From the NCBI GenBank assembly GCA_045106895.1, contig JBGCFM010000024.1:77931-141930 (forward strand): a stretch of 64,000 nucleotides of DNA, given 5' to 3'. Each line of letters opens with the position of its first letter. Position 1 is the stretch's first letter. The DNA comes from Polyangiales bacterium (GTDB lineage: Bacteria > Myxococcota_A > Polyangia > Polyangiales > Houyiibacteriaceae). The notes beneath the pieces are model-generated. The model ran no database searches and had not been told where the DNA came from. It saw only the letters and a list, made by a program, of their open reading frames with translations. A program made the translations under genes and the position numbers. Below, piece after piece: positions 1 through 9,864 of the stretch.

Positions 1-375
1 GAAATCATCGCCTGCGCTCTCGACGATCTCGGCATCGACGACCTCACCTTCGAGGCCGATGGTAACGGCCATGCCGACGGTGGCCTCGCGCTCTTCTTCT
101 TGCGCCGCCGCGGGGTACGCCGCTTCGACGAACTCTGCGATGCTCGGGGGCCGGATGACGGGGTCCGCGCTTGTGCACTGGATCGTCTCGCCGCACTCCG
201 AGACGGGGTGACAGGTCTCGTCGCCTTCGGCGCACTCGCCGATGACGCGCTCGCCTTGCGGGCACTCTGGCTCCGCGTCGCACGGTTGGGCGGAAACGGA
301 GTTCGTGCTGCTGAGCACAAAGAAGAGGCACAAGGAGGCCAGCGTTAGTGGGATGCGACCAGAGAAGCGGAGCAT
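1..375 (-). CDS. TonB C-terminal-domain protein, probably the N-terminus of a myxobacterial TonB/TonB-dependent receptor fusion (runs off the left edge)
   Basis: Not in the ORF track. Hand translation from ATG at 375 gives MLRFSGRIPLTLASLCLFFVLSSTNSVSAQ (signal peptide), a 6-Cys segment, then PPSIAEFVEAAYPAAAQEEEREATVGMAVTIGLEGEVVDAEIVESAGDDF, which is the TonB_C pattern. The frame is open to position 1. Confidence 0.75.
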   Translation of the reverse strand, partial: MLRFSGRIPLTLASLCLFFVLSSTNSVSAQPCDAEPECPQGERVIGECAEGDETCHPVSECGETIQCTSADPVIRPPSIAEFVEAAYPAAAQEEEREATVGMAVTIGLEGEVVDAEIVESAGDDF

Positions 376-503
376 GGCGAGGATCTTTCGTTCCCAGACG
401 TGGTCTCGTCAACCAAACGTCTTCTCGCCTTCGTCGCAAAGGCGGGGACAGCGTTACGAGCAGACTTTGCGAATTCGACGCGGAATGCCATGTTGCGGCC
501 AGA

Positions 504-1856
504 ATGACGAGCGATCTAAGCAAATGGAGTCTGAACAGCTGGCAAAGATTTCCTGTATCTCAAGACGTGCCTTATGCGGATGCGGATGCGCTCAAGGACG
601 CCATCGGTACTCTCCGTGCGCTCCCGCCGCTCGTGACGTCCTTCGAGGTGGAACGTCTCAAGAAGCTCCTGGCGGATGCACAGCGCGGGGAACGCTTTGT
701 ATTGCAGGGCGGCGATTGCGCGGAGACCTTGGCGGATTGTCACTCCGACTCTATCGCCAAGAAGCTCAAGATCTTGCTTCAGATGTCCATGGTGCTCGTC
801 CACGGACGAAAGTGTCCCGTCGTTCGCATTGGTCGTTTCGCAGGCCAGTACGCGAAGCCGCGCTCACGTCCGACGGAAACCCGCGACGGCGTCACGCACC
901 CGAACTACTTCGGCGACCTCGTCAACCGGCCGGAGTTCAGCGCTGAAGCACGCCGCGCCGATCCGTGGCTCCTCGTCGACGGCTACAAGCACGCGGCGCT
1001 TACGCTCAACTTCGTTCGCTCGCTGACAGACGGCGGTTTCGCGGACCTTCATCACCCGGAGTACTGGGACCTCTCCTTCATGGAGAGCGCTACGCTGCCG
1101 CCGACTCTCAAGGCGCAGTATCTGGAAACCACCGAACGTGTGCGTGGCGCGCTGCGTTTCATGAACGCTCTCGGTGACGCGCCCGCCGATGCGCTCGCTC
1201 GCGCGCCTTTCTTCACGAGCCACGAAGGGCTCAACCTTCACTACGAGTCTGCCCAGACGCGCCGGGTGCCCCGACGTGATGGCTGGTACGACCTCTCGAC
1301 GCATATGCCTTGGATCGGCGAGCGCACGCGCGGCCTTGATGGCGCGCATGTGGAGTTCTTCCGCGGCATCGGAAACCCCATCGGCGTCAAGATTGGTCCA
1401 ACGGCGACGCCGGAGATCGTCTTGGGTCTTTTGGATGTCCTGGACCCGGATGGCGAGCCCGGGAAAATCGTGCTCATCACCCGCATGGGCGCGGACCGCG
1501 TTCGTGAGGCCCTGCCGCCTATCCTCGAGGCTGTTCACGCCAGCGGCCGTCCGGTCTTGTGGATGAGCGATCCTATGCATGGCAACACACACGCCACGGC
1601 GGGCGGTCTGAAGACCCGCAACTTCGACGCCATCCTCGATGAGCTCGAAGGCTGCCGCGCGGCCCATGATGCTGCGGGCACTTATATGGGCGGAGTCCAC
1701 TTTGAGCTCACCGGCGACGACGTCACCGAGTGCACCGGTGGCGCCGACGGTCTCACGGACTCGGATCTCAGCCTCAACTACACGACGGCCTGCGACCCAC
1801 GCCTCAACTACCGCCAGGCGCTGGAGATGACCTTCCGCCTCGCGGCATTCGGCTAG
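504..1856 (+). CDS. 3-deoxy-7-phosphoheptulonate (DAHP) synthase, class II
   Basis: Motifs LQGGDCAE, GRFAGQYAKPRS, TSHEGL, WIGERTR, DPMHGNT, GVHFELTG, YTTACDPRLN. Start chosen at ATG 504 (track ORF 348..1856). Confidence 0.95.
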   Translation: MTSDLSKWSLNSWQRFPVSQDVPYADADALKDAIGTLRALPPLVTSFEVERLKKLLADAQRGERFVLQGGDCAETLADCHSDSIAKKLKILLQMSMVLVHGRKCPVVRIGRFAGQYAKPRSRPTETRDGVTHPNYFGDLVNRPEFSAEARRADPWLLVDGYKHAALTLNFVRSLTDGGFADLHHPEYWDLSFMESATLPPTLKAQYLETTERVRGALRFMNALGDAPADALARAPFFTSHEGLNLHYESAQTRRVPRRDGWYDLSTHMPWIGERTRGLDGAHVEFFRGIGNPIGVKIGPTATPEIVLGLLDVLDPDGEPGKIVLITRMGADRVREALPPILEAVHASGRPVLWMSDPMHGNTHATAGGLKTRNFDAILDELEGCRAAHDAAGTYMGGVHFELTGDDVTECTGGADGLTDSDLSLNYTTACDPRLNYRQALEMTFRLAAFG

Positions 1857-1987
1857 CTCTTCCGGGCTCCGGCGCGATTGCCACGGGTTCACTGCCGCAC
1901 CCATAAAAAGGCGCGCCCGAGGGCGCCACCTTCGCACTGCGAGTCTTCACGACGAAGTAGTCCGCGGTCGCTGGAACCAAATGTCTC

Positions 1988-2836
1988 TTACGCGCGGTCC
2001 CAGCGCTGGAGCGCATCCAGCGCCGCGCTCTCCGTCGCAAACCCGGCGATGAATCGGTTTCGATGACAGAACTTCGCGCCCTCGGTCCCCGTGATCTTCT
2101 GCAGCTCTTCGCCTTCGAGGCCGCCCCACTCTTCGGGGAGTTTCCGTTTGTCTTCCCGGCTGCCTTCGGCGACGGGGATCGTGACGACGCGCCAGTCGCC
2201 CTTGCCGGGAAAGAGAACGTATTCGGTGGAGTGATTCGCGCCGTCGTTCTCAAAGTAAGCGGGCTTCCACTTCATGTAGCGGTCGAGGCGGATGGTCTTC
2301 CGGCCGGCTTCCGCCGCCACCTTCATGGCTGCTTGGACTTCTTCCTTCGCGGCGTTTGCCCGCGCCAGGCCGTCACGAAGTCCGCCTACGAGGTCCATCG
2401 CCATGGCGACGCCTCGCTCGTAGAGCTTGTCGAAGTCCTCGTTCGCCGACTCGTTGAGCACGCCGATGAGCATGGAAAAACATGGGACGCCGTCTTCCGG
2501 CTGCCGAGCGCCCACGTCCACAGCGTCCACGTAATCGACGAGCACGCGTCGAAGGTGCTCTGCGAGGGGAGCCTCGATGTTTCCTTCACTCTCCAGGAAG
2601 TCCAAGACCATGCCCGCCGACGAGCGGTTTCCTTCGTACTCACGCTGGTGGTGGTCGAAGCGCCGAGTCTCTGGGTCAAAGACATGACCGACGTCGAAGA
2701 CGATGTCCGCCGTCGCGAGGACCTCGGGGTCCCTTGAACGAACGACCTTGGCCTCCGCATCGAGGAAAGTACGAATCAGCGCCGCGGCGAGAACGTCGTC
2801 TGCATGAAAAGGGCCGCTGTGCGTTCCGAGAAGCAT
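1988..2836 (-). CDS. MYG1 family (UPF0160) DHH-like metal-dependent exonuclease
   Basis: N-terminal THSGPFHADD, DVGHVFDPETRRFDHHQ, SSAG, LPEEWGGL and FCH motifs typical of MYG1. Start at ATG 2836. Confidence 0.9.
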   Translation of the reverse strand: MLLGTHSGPFHADDVLAAALIRTFLDAEAKVVRSRDPEVLATADIVFDVGHVFDPETRRFDHHQREYEGNRSSAGMVLDFLESEGNIEAPLAEHLRRVLVDYVDAVDVGARQPEDGVPCFSMLIGVLNESANEDFDKLYERGVAMAMDLVGGLRDGLARANAAKEEVQAAMKVAAEAGRKTIRLDRYMKWKPAYFENDGANHSTEYVLFPGKGDWRVVTIPVAEGSREDKRKLPEEWGGLEGEELQKITGTEGAKFCHRNRFIAGFATESAALDALQRWDRA

Positions 2837-2933
2837 GGGTGTCCACCTAGTGCCCAAAGCCCCACGGCGCCATGACAATGGCGCTCGACTCAGTGCGACT
2901 TGAGTTCTCTCGTGTCGATGGTACGGCTCGCGT

Positions 2934-3674
2934 GTGAGCGCTCTTGAAGACAGTTTGGAGATTGCGCGCGTCGCGACTCGCACGTGGCAGCAAGCCGCAG
3001 TTCTCGCCCACGGGCTGTGTCCTTTCGCGCACGGTCCCGCCAAGCGCGACGCCATCCACGTTCAAGCCGCCGAGGCGAAGAGCTCACAGAGCGCCGCCGC
3101 TGAAGCCATCTTGGCCGCCCACGCGCTCCTCGACAACGAGGACACGGACACAACGTTGGTCGTTTTCCCCTTCGCCTTGGACGACTTCGAGGACTTCTTG
3201 GACGTCATCGATGCCTGCGAGGCCTACCTCGACGAGCGCGAACTGGACACAAAGCTCCAGATCGCGTCGTTCCACCCCGAGTATCGTTTCGAAGGGACGA
3301 CGGCGGAGGACGCGACGAACTACACAAACCGCTCTCCGCTTCCCGTTCTTCAGTGGCTTCGCGTCGATCAGGTGGCGGAAGGCATCGAGTCTTATGGGGA
3401 GACGGAGTCGATCCCAGAGCGGAATATGGCCCACATGAAGGGCCTGAGTAGCTGGGAACGCGAAGCGTTGCGTGCGCTGCCCAAGAGCGAAGTTCAGACA
3501 GAGGTTGCTCGGGATGGCTGGGAAGCTGCCAAATCTGGCCATTATTGCGTGACGACGACGCGGGTTTGTTTTGGCCTCCAGGGCATCAGCTCCACGCGCG
3601 TCTTTGCGGCGGAGACGGTGATCTCGCCGGGTCCATGGACCCTTCATGTTCGCTCCGGCGAAGTGCTCTCTTAA
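2934..3674 (+). CDS. DUF1415 family protein
   Basis: LCPFA, QIASFHPEYRFEG, NYTNRSPLPVLQWLR and IPERN motifs, plus an extra C-terminal segment of about 60 aa. Confidence 0.85.
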   Translation: MSALEDSLEIARVATRTWQQAAVLAHGLCPFAHGPAKRDAIHVQAAEAKSSQSAAAEAILAAHALLDNEDTDTTLVVFPFALDDFEDFLDVIDACEAYLDERELDTKLQIASFHPEYRFEGTTAEDATNYTNRSPLPVLQWLRVDQVAEGIESYGETESIPERNMAHMKGLSSWEREALRALPKSEVQTEVARDGWEAAKSGHYCVTTTRVCFGLQGISSTRVFAAETVISPGPWTLHVRSGEVLS

Positions 3675-3713
3675 GCCCGCAACCGGCGCTTTGCCAGACC
3701 GAGGCGCGCGCTC

Positions 3714-4661
3714 ATGCCGCGCCTCGCTCTCATCCCCCTCGTCCTTCTTGGCGCATGCGCGACCGGTGAAACGCTCCCGGCGATCGCCGTAGAGCACAAC
3801 ACGGCGGGCGCGGAATCTCTCGCCGCCGGGGAACTCGATGATGCCGAAGCGCGCTTTCGTCTCGCCCTCGAATACCAGCCAGGCTTTGCCGAGAGCCGCG
3901 CCAACCTTGGCCTCGTCGCATTTCAGCGCGACCAGCTCGATGACGCCGAGGGTCATCTCCGCGCGGCGATTCGCCTCGACGCCAACTTCGACGAAGCCTG
4001 GTCAAACCTTGGCCTCGTGCTCGCGGCGAAGGGCCAGCTCCATGATGCGAAGCGCGCGTTTGAGACGGCCCTCGCGATCGATCCAGGGCTCGTAGCGGCA
4101 CGGCGCAACCTCGCCGACCTCAACATGCGCGCGTCGAACTACGTCGAAGCGCGGGCACATCTAATGCGACTCGTACAGATCGTGGAGGCTTCCACGACGG
4201 ACGGTGCGCGTGCGTCGGCGATGCTCGCCTATTGCGAGCTGCGCTTGGGCCGAGAAGACGAAGCTCTTTTTCGCGCCGAGATCGTATTGAACGTGCGCCC
4301 CGACGAGCCATTGGCGCGGCTTGTTCGGGGCATCGCCCGGGCAGCATCCAGAGACTTTGAGGGCGCCGCGGAGGACTACATCATCGCCGCCAGCGACGGC
4401 CAGCTGCGGCGGGATGTGCAGATTCGCCAAGGAGCGCTCTTTCTCGCCTGGAGGCGGCCGGAGGAGGCGGCGCCGATTATCGAGGAACTCCTAAATGATG
4501 GTGAGGATCCGGCCGTTTCCTTGCTAGCGGCGCATCTCGCGCGCGCTGAAAACAACCCCAATGCCGCCCTTGAACACGCTGATGCCGCCCTTCTGGCCGC
4601 GCCTGGCCTGCCGGCCGCCCTCGAAGTCGCTTCATGGGCCCGCAGCGAACTTGATCGCTGA
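3714..4661 (+). CDS. TPR-repeat lipoprotein
   Basis: Lipobox LLGAC; repeated NLGLV...A...A TPR helices. Confidence 0.85.
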   Translation: MPRLALIPLVLLGACATGETLPAIAVEHNTAGAESLAAGELDDAEARFRLALEYQPGFAESRANLGLVAFQRDQLDDAEGHLRAAIRLDANFDEAWSNLGLVLAAKGQLHDAKRAFETALAIDPGLVAARRNLADLNMRASNYVEARAHLMRLVQIVEASTTDGARASAMLAYCELRLGREDEALFRAEIVLNVRPDEPLARLVRGIARAASRDFEGAAEDYIIAASDGQLRRDVQIRQGALFLAWRRPEEAAPIIEELLNDGEDPAVSLLAAHLARAENNPNAALEHADAALLAAPGLPAALEVASWARSELDR

Positions 4662-4712
4662 GCATCCTCCTAAGTACCCTCCCGGCGGGGCCGTCCGCCT
4701 CACTGGAGTACC

Positions 4713-6251
4713 GTGAACGGAATCTTACGCAGCAAGTTTGTTTGGCCCGGCTTCCTCGTCGCCGTCATCGCAATGACCGTTGCCTGCTTTATCGAGGACC
4801 AAATCGGAGGCCCCGTCTTCGCGGGTCTCGGAGCGATCATCGGCATGCTTCTTTTGGTCGCGGGAATCCCCGACCAAGAGGACAAGGTCGTCGCCCTCAA
4901 GGGAGACCTTGAAGGCGCGCATCAATCGGTGGCGGCAAAGAGCGAGCGCCTTGAGATCATTCGTGATGGCGTTCGTGATGCTGCCGGTCAGATCAAGAAC
5001 GTCGCGATGCATCTATCGTCGGGCCTTGGCGAACAGAAAGAAGCCGCGGATCGAACCGCGGGTTCGATGACGGAGATCACCAACTCCCTCCAGAGCATCG
5101 CCCATCACGTGGAAGCCTTGGCCTCCAGTGCGGAAGAGAGCTCCTCGAGCATCCTCGAGATGACCGCGACCAATGACGAGGTGGCCGAGAACATGGCCAA
5201 CCTCGCGTCCAGTGTTCGCGAGACGGTCTCGTCCATTGAAGAGATGGCCTATTCCATCAAAGAGGTCGCCCGGAATGTCGACGCGCTCTCTCTGACGGCG
5301 GAGGAAACCTCCTCCTCCATGAATGAGATGGACGTCTCCATCGACCAGGTTCAGTCCAACGCCAACGAGACGGCGCGCCTCTCCGAAGAGGTGGCCACCG
5401 ACGCCGAGCGCGGCGCGGACGCGATCTTGAAGATCATCGTCGAGATCAACCGAATCAAAGAAACGTCCAGCGAGGCTGTGGCCGTTATCTCCAACCTTGG
5501 TTCACGAATCGAGGCCATTGGCGACATCCTGAACGTCATCGACGATGTCGCTGAGCAGACCAATCTCCTCGCCCTCAATGCCGCCATCATCGCGGCTCAG
5601 GCCGGCGAGCACGGCAAGGGCTTCGCCGTTGTCGCCGACGAGATCAAAGACTTGGCCGAACGAGCGGGTGCTTCGACGAAGGAGATCGCCGAGCTCATCA
5701 AGACGATTCAGCAAGAGTCGAAGAACGCCATCGCGGCTGTGGAGCGTGGCGCGAGCACCGTCGACAGCGGTGTGACGGTTTCCGCGGAAGCCGAGGAGGC
5801 TCTGAAGAAGATTCTCGAGTCCTCTCAGAAGTCCACGGGAATGGTCCGGGCCATCGCTCGAGCGACGGTGGAGCAGGCGAAGGGCTCCAAGCAGGTCACG
5901 GACGCCATCGGCCGTATCGCCGAGACGGTCCAGCAGATCGCCGCCGCCACGGCTGAGCAGGCCCGCGGGTCCGAGCTCATCATGAAGAGCGCCGAGAAGA
6001 TGCGCCTCATTACCCAGCACGTTGAGCGCTCGAGCCAGGAACAGGCCCGCGGCGGTCGTCAGATCAGCCAGTCCATCGAGAATATCTCGAATATGGTCGA
6101 CCAGCTGCACCAGTCGCATCGCGCGCAGGTGAAGGGTTCCGAGGACACCATCGACGCGGCTCGCCGAATTCAGGAGCTGACGGCAGCTTCGGAAGAACGC
6201 GTAGAAACCGTCGGGAACGTCGCCCAGCAGCTTCAGACCCTGTCTGACTGA
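4713..6251 (+). CDS. Methyl-accepting chemotaxis protein
   Basis: Two N-terminal TM helices; hairpin tip [39 protein letters not shown]; long heptad coiled coil. Confidence 0.95.
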   Translation: MNGILRSKFVWPGFLVAVIAMTVACFIEDQIGGPVFAGLGAIIGMLLLVAGIPDQEDKVVALKGDLEGAHQSVAAKSERLEIIRDGVRDAAGQIKNVAMHLSSGLGEQKEAADRTAGSMTEITNSLQSIAHHVEALASSAEESSSSILEMTATNDEVAENMANLASSVRETVSSIEEMAYSIKEVARNVDALSLTAEETSSSMNEMDVSIDQVQSNANETARLSEEVATDAERGADAILKIIVEINRIKETSSEAVAVISNLGSRIEAIGDILNVIDDVAEQTNLLALNAAIIAAQAGEHGKGFAVVADEIKDLAERAGASTKEIAELIKTIQQESKNAIAAVERGASTVDSGVTVSAEAEEALKKILESSQKSTGMVRAIARATVEQAKGSKQVTDAIGRIAETVQQIAAATAEQARGSELIMKSAEKMRLITQHVERSSQEQARGGRQISQSIENISNMVDQLHQSHRAQVKGSEDTIDAARRIQELTAASEERVETVGNVAQQLQTLSD

Positions 6252-6347
6252 GCCTCAAGACACACCAAGGTAGCTTTGCCGCTCTGAGGGCCTTATGGTT
6301 GCGTGCCTTCAGGTGCCACGACGGCTCAAGAGGCATAATCAGCGCCC

Positions 6348-7307
6348 ATGTTTGGAATCGGTTCAGGTGAGATGTTGGTGTTTGCGGTGGTCGTTCTGAT
6401 CGCCCTTGGGCCGAAGCGTCTCCCGGATTTCATGCGAACGGTGGGCAAGGGCCTCCGAGAGATTCGAAAAGCCACCACGGATCTGCGAAAGCACTCGGGC
6501 ATCGATGAGCTGATGCGTGACGATCCGGCTGGGCTTCGTGCGTTGAGCCGGGACATCTCCCGCGACCCGGCGCCGCGTCGCGAACAGAAGCTCAGCGCTC
6601 ACGACTTGGCGAAGGAGTCCCCGGTGGAGGGCGTCGATATCGCGCATGCGCATTACCTCGCCAAGAAGAACGCCGCCGCCGCCGCCAAAGAAGCCGCGGT
6701 CGCGCGAAACGCCCAGGAGCAGGAACGAGTCAGCGTCGGCGCCACCTTCGCCATCGAAGCGAAGCCTGGTACCGAAGCTGCCACGCCGCCCACGGGCTTC
6801 GAGGGAGACACGGTTCCGGACAAGCCCGCGGTGAGTCCAAAAGTCCGCCACGAGCCGACCATGCTCGGCATCCCAGCTGTGGATCCCTACGCGCTTCCCG
6901 CGACGAAGCCCGCACCCAAGGCGAGCGCGCCTCCTCCTCCTCCTCCTCCTCCTCCTCCTCCACGCAGCGCCGCTCCAAAGAGCGTCCGTCCCAGCGCTCC
7001 GCCGAGCCCAAGCGCGCGTCCCAGCGCTCCGCCGAGTCCCAGTGTGCGTCCCAGCGCTCCACCGAGCCCCAGCGCGCGTCCGAGCGCACGTCCGAGCGCA
7101 CCACCCCCGGTTCCAGCGGCTCTCCGAAGTGCGCCGCCGCCACCGCCGGCGATCGGTCCGAGCAGCGTCCTTGACGGAAAACGAGCGTCTTTGCCGCCTT
7201 CCCCCTCTTTGACGCCTTCCGTGCCGCCTCCCGCGGACAAGCCAAACGCCCGCGAGTCGACGATGGCGATTGAAGTCGAAGATCTCACGCTGGACGACGA
7301 GACATGA
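6348..7307 (+). CDS. tatB: Sec-independent translocase TatB-like protein with a long Pro-rich tail
   Basis: MFGIGSGEMLVFAVVVLIALGPKRLP N-terminus; ATGA overlap with tatC. Confidence 0.85.
   Translation: MFGIGSGEMLVFAVVVLIALGPKRLPDFMRTVGKGLREIRKATTDLRKHSGIDELMRDDPAGLRALSRDISRDPAPRREQKLSAHDLAKESPVEGVDIAHAHYLAKKNAAAAAKEAAVARNAQEQERVSVGATFAIEAKPGTEAATPPTGFEGDTVPDKPAVSPKVRHEPTMLGIPAVDPYALPATKPAPKASAPPPPPPPPPPPRSAAPKSVRPSAPPSPSARPSAPPSPSVRPSAPPSPSARPSARPSAPPPVPAALRSAPPPPPAIGPSSVLDGKRASLPPSPSLTPSVPPPADKPNARESTMAIEVEDLTLDDET
6930..7103 (+). repeat. (CCT)10 microsatellite followed by 30-bp tandem repeats (RPSAPPSPS-A/V) inside tatB
   Basis: Perfect CCT x10 at 6930-6959 (poly-Pro). The unit cgtcccagcgctccgccgagccc... 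recurs with a 30-nt period from about 6987. Confidence 0.85.
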
Positions 7308-8092
7308 GCGAAGAGGCCACGGTTCCTGAAGACGACGTCGAGATGGGCTTCTTCGAACATATCGGAGAGCTTCGAACCCGACTTGTTCACGCCATCTACG
7401 GCATCCTTCCGGCAGCCGCGCTCTGCTTCGTCTTCGTCGAGGAGCTCTTCGCGTGGATTCGTAAGCCCCTCACGGACGCCTACATCGCGCGCGGCATGGA
7501 AGACGCGCCGATTCACTTTTCGAATCTGACGGACCCCTTCGTCGCGCAAATTAAGATCGCCCTCGTGTGTGGCGTTCTCCTCGCCTCCCCTTGGGTCTTC
7601 TATCAAGTGTGGGCGTTCATCGCGCCGGGTCTGTATCGCAAGGAGAAGCTCCTCGCGATCCCCTTCATTGTGTTCTCGACGCTCTGCTTCGCCGGCGGAG
7701 CGATCTTTGGGTACACCATCGTCTTTCCGCTGGCCTGTGATTTCCTCTTGAGCGTTGGCGAGGCCATGGAGGCCGAAGCGACGATCATGATCACGGATTA
7801 CCTGGCTCTCACCACGCGACTGCTCTTGGCGTTTGGTGTGGTCTTTGAGATCCCCGTCGTCATCACCATCCTCAGCGTTATGGGCGTCGTCTCGTGGCGC
7901 GGCCTGCTGAAGTTCGGTCGCTGGTGGCTCTTGATATCCACGCTGGTCGCGGCGTTTTTGACTCCGCCGGACGTGGGCACACAGCTTTTGATGCTCATCC
8001 CGCTCGTCGGTCTCTACTTCATGAGCGTCGGCATCGCGTTCATCATCGATTGGCGCCGCAACAAGAAGAAAAAGAAGAACGGGGAAGCATGA
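7304..8092 (+). CDS. tatC: Twin-arginine translocase subunit TatC
   Basis: EHIGELRTRL, YQVWAFIAPGLYRKEK, FGVVFEIP, AFLTPPD; six TM segments. Confidence 0.97.
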   Translation: MSEEATVPEDDVEMGFFEHIGELRTRLVHAIYGILPAAALCFVFVEELFAWIRKPLTDAYIARGMEDAPIHFSNLTDPFVAQIKIALVCGVLLASPWVFYQVWAFIAPGLYRKEKLLAIPFIVFSTLCFAGGAIFGYTIVFPLACDFLLSVGEAMEAEATIMITDYLALTTRLLLAFGVVFEIPVVITILSVMGVVSWRGLLKFGRWWLLISTLVAAFLTPPDVGTQLLMLIPLVGLYFMSVGIAFIIDWRRNKKKKKNGEA

Positions 8093-8913
8093 GCATGTTT
8101 CGAGCGGGGCTCTTTGACGGTGAGTCCGTCATCATCACCGGAGGCGGAACGGGCATTGGCAAGGCCGTCGCCGCCGAGCTCATCACCCTCGGCGCGAATG
8201 TCGCGATCACCGGGCGTCGCATCGAAAAGCTAGAAGCCGCCGCCGCCGAACTCGCTACCCTTCGAGAAGGCGCCAAGGTTCATTTCGCGGCCTGCGATAT
8301 TCGAAGCGTTGAAGCCATCGAGGAGTTCGTGAAGGGCACACAAGTTGCCCTTGGTCGCGTCGACATTCTCATCAACAACGCCGGCGGGCAGTTTCCTTCG
8401 CCGGCGCAGCACATCTCGCCCAAAGGGTTCGAGGCTGTGGTCCGAAACAATCTCCTCGGCACCTGGCAGATGACGCATGCCGTCGCCAACGAGTGTTTCA
8501 TCCCGCAGAAGCGCGGCCGCATCGTGAACATCACCGCCGAGGTGAGTCGGGGTTTCCCGGGCATGGCGCACACCGGCGCGGCGCGTGCGGGAGTGAACAA
8601 TCTCTCTATGAGCTTGGCCGTCGAGTGGAGTCAGCACGGCATCCGCGTCAACGCCGTCGCTCCCGGTGTCATCAAGACCAGCGGCACGAAACAATATCCC
8701 CCAAGCCTCCTGGAGAACGCCATCAAGGCATGCCCGATGAAGCGTCTGGGAACGGCGCGAGAGGTGGCGCACCTCGTCGTGTATCTCGCTTCTCCGCAAG
8801 CGGACTATGTCACGGGCCAGACCTTTACCATCGATGGCGGTTCGAGCCTGTGGGGCGACAGCTGGCCTGTAGGCGATGTCCCTCAGTTTCCGCCTTACGA
8901 GCACGAAGATTAG
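8089..8913 (+). CDS. SDR oxidoreductase (trans-2-enoyl-CoA / 2,4-dienoyl-CoA reductase-like)
   Basis: TGGGTGIG, INNAGGQF, GFPGMAHTGAARAGV, IRVNAVAPG; ATGA overlap with the tatC stop. Confidence 0.9.
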   Translation: MSMFRAGLFDGESVIITGGGTGIGKAVAAELITLGANVAITGRRIEKLEAAAAELATLREGAKVHFAACDIRSVEAIEEFVKGTQVALGRVDILINNAGGQFPSPAQHISPKGFEAVVRNNLLGTWQMTHAVANECFIPQKRGRIVNITAEVSRGFPGMAHTGAARAGVNNLSMSLAVEWSQHGIRVNAVAPGVIKTSGTKQYPPSLLENAIKACPMKRLGTAREVAHLVVYLASPQADYVTGQTFTIDGGSSLWGDSWPVGDVPQFPPYEHED

Positions 8914-8966
8914 CCTCCCATGCGATTGCGGCGTGCGTGGCGCCGGAAATCGTGAATGCTGCTGAC

Positions 8967-9263
8967 GTGGCAACGAAGAAGAAGGCCAAGAAGCCAAAGA
9001 AACGACCCGACCCGTCCAACGAAGAGTTGCCCGGCGCAGGTACAGAGCATGGCGCGACGCTCCAGCTCGCTCACGACGCTTTCATCGATGGCAACTACGC
9101 ACAAGTTCGCGTGCTCACCGACAAGCTAGAGAAGGCGCCGGACGAGATCGCTCAAGCGGCTGCTGAATTGCGGCGCCGCGTGAGTGCAGATCCTGCTCAG
9201 ATCGCCGTTCTTGCTTCGTGCGTCCTCTTCTTCCTCTTCATCGTCTGGAAATACGTTCTATGA
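8967..9263 (+). CDS. Small hypothetical protein with a C-terminal TM helix
   Basis: 3' part of track ORF 8493..9263, from GTG 8967. Basic N-terminus, C-terminal hydrophobic helix; ATGA-coupled to the next gene. Confidence 0.6.
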   Translation: MATKKKAKKPKKRPDPSNEELPGAGTEHGATLQLAHDAFIDGNYAQVRVLTDKLEKAPDEIAQAAAELRRRVSADPAQIAVLASCVLFFLFIVWKYVL

Positions 9264-9835
9264 AAGCCCTGTCTTTCTTCGCCCTTGTCCTCGTCGCGGC
9301 CCTTGGCGGATGTGGCGCGGCCCAAGGTGGCGGCGTTTCCCAGGCGCTCACCGCGCATGATCTTTACCCCATGGAAATGGGCGGCGTGTGGTCCTTCGAT
9401 TTGGACACGGGTTTTGGTCCACCCGTTCTCGGCGTGATGCGCGTGGAGAGCGTCGACGGAATACAGGTGACCGTTCGCAACAACGGCGACCAGGTCAGCA
9501 CCTACGAGCGTCGACCCGAGGGCATCTTTCATCTTGAGAGCGACAGCTGGCTGCTGCGTGATCCCATCGCCGTGGGCGAAGGCTGGCCCTCCGCGGGCGG
9601 ACGCCAAGCGCAGATTCGTTCCGTCGAGGCCAGCGCGAGCACGCCGGCAGGCGACTTCACGGGCTGTGTCGATGTCGAAGAGACAGGCGGCGAAGACGGC
9701 CGCGTGATCCACACCATCTACTGCATGGGCCACGGAATGGTGGAGCAGCGCGCTTCCATGACGATGGAGACGACGGGCAGTGAAGCCGCGGTGAGCGTGA
9801 AGCTACGTGGCTACATGGTCACCGAAGAGTACTGA
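9260..9835 (+). CDS. Hypothetical lipoprotein (beta-rich)
   Basis: MKALSFFALVLVAALGGC lipobox; YP...W and TPAGDFTGCV motifs. Confidence 0.75.
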   Translation: MKALSFFALVLVAALGGCGAAQGGGVSQALTAHDLYPMEMGGVWSFDLDTGFGPPVLGVMRVESVDGIQVTVRNNGDQVSTYERRPEGIFHLESDSWLLRDPIAVGEGWPSAGGRQAQIRSVEASASTPAGDFTGCVDVEETGGEDGRVIHTIYCMGHGMVEQRASMTMETTGSEAAVSVKLRGYMVTEEY

Positions 9836-9864
9836 GCCCTCGCTTTTTCTTCGGAACGTTCGAC

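Noticed and set aside
348..503. Upstream extensions of DAHP synthase (and of MYG1, rpe, SDR) given by the ORF track
   Set aside because: The extensions overlap neighbouring genes or lack family similarity; downstream starts match the family N-termini.
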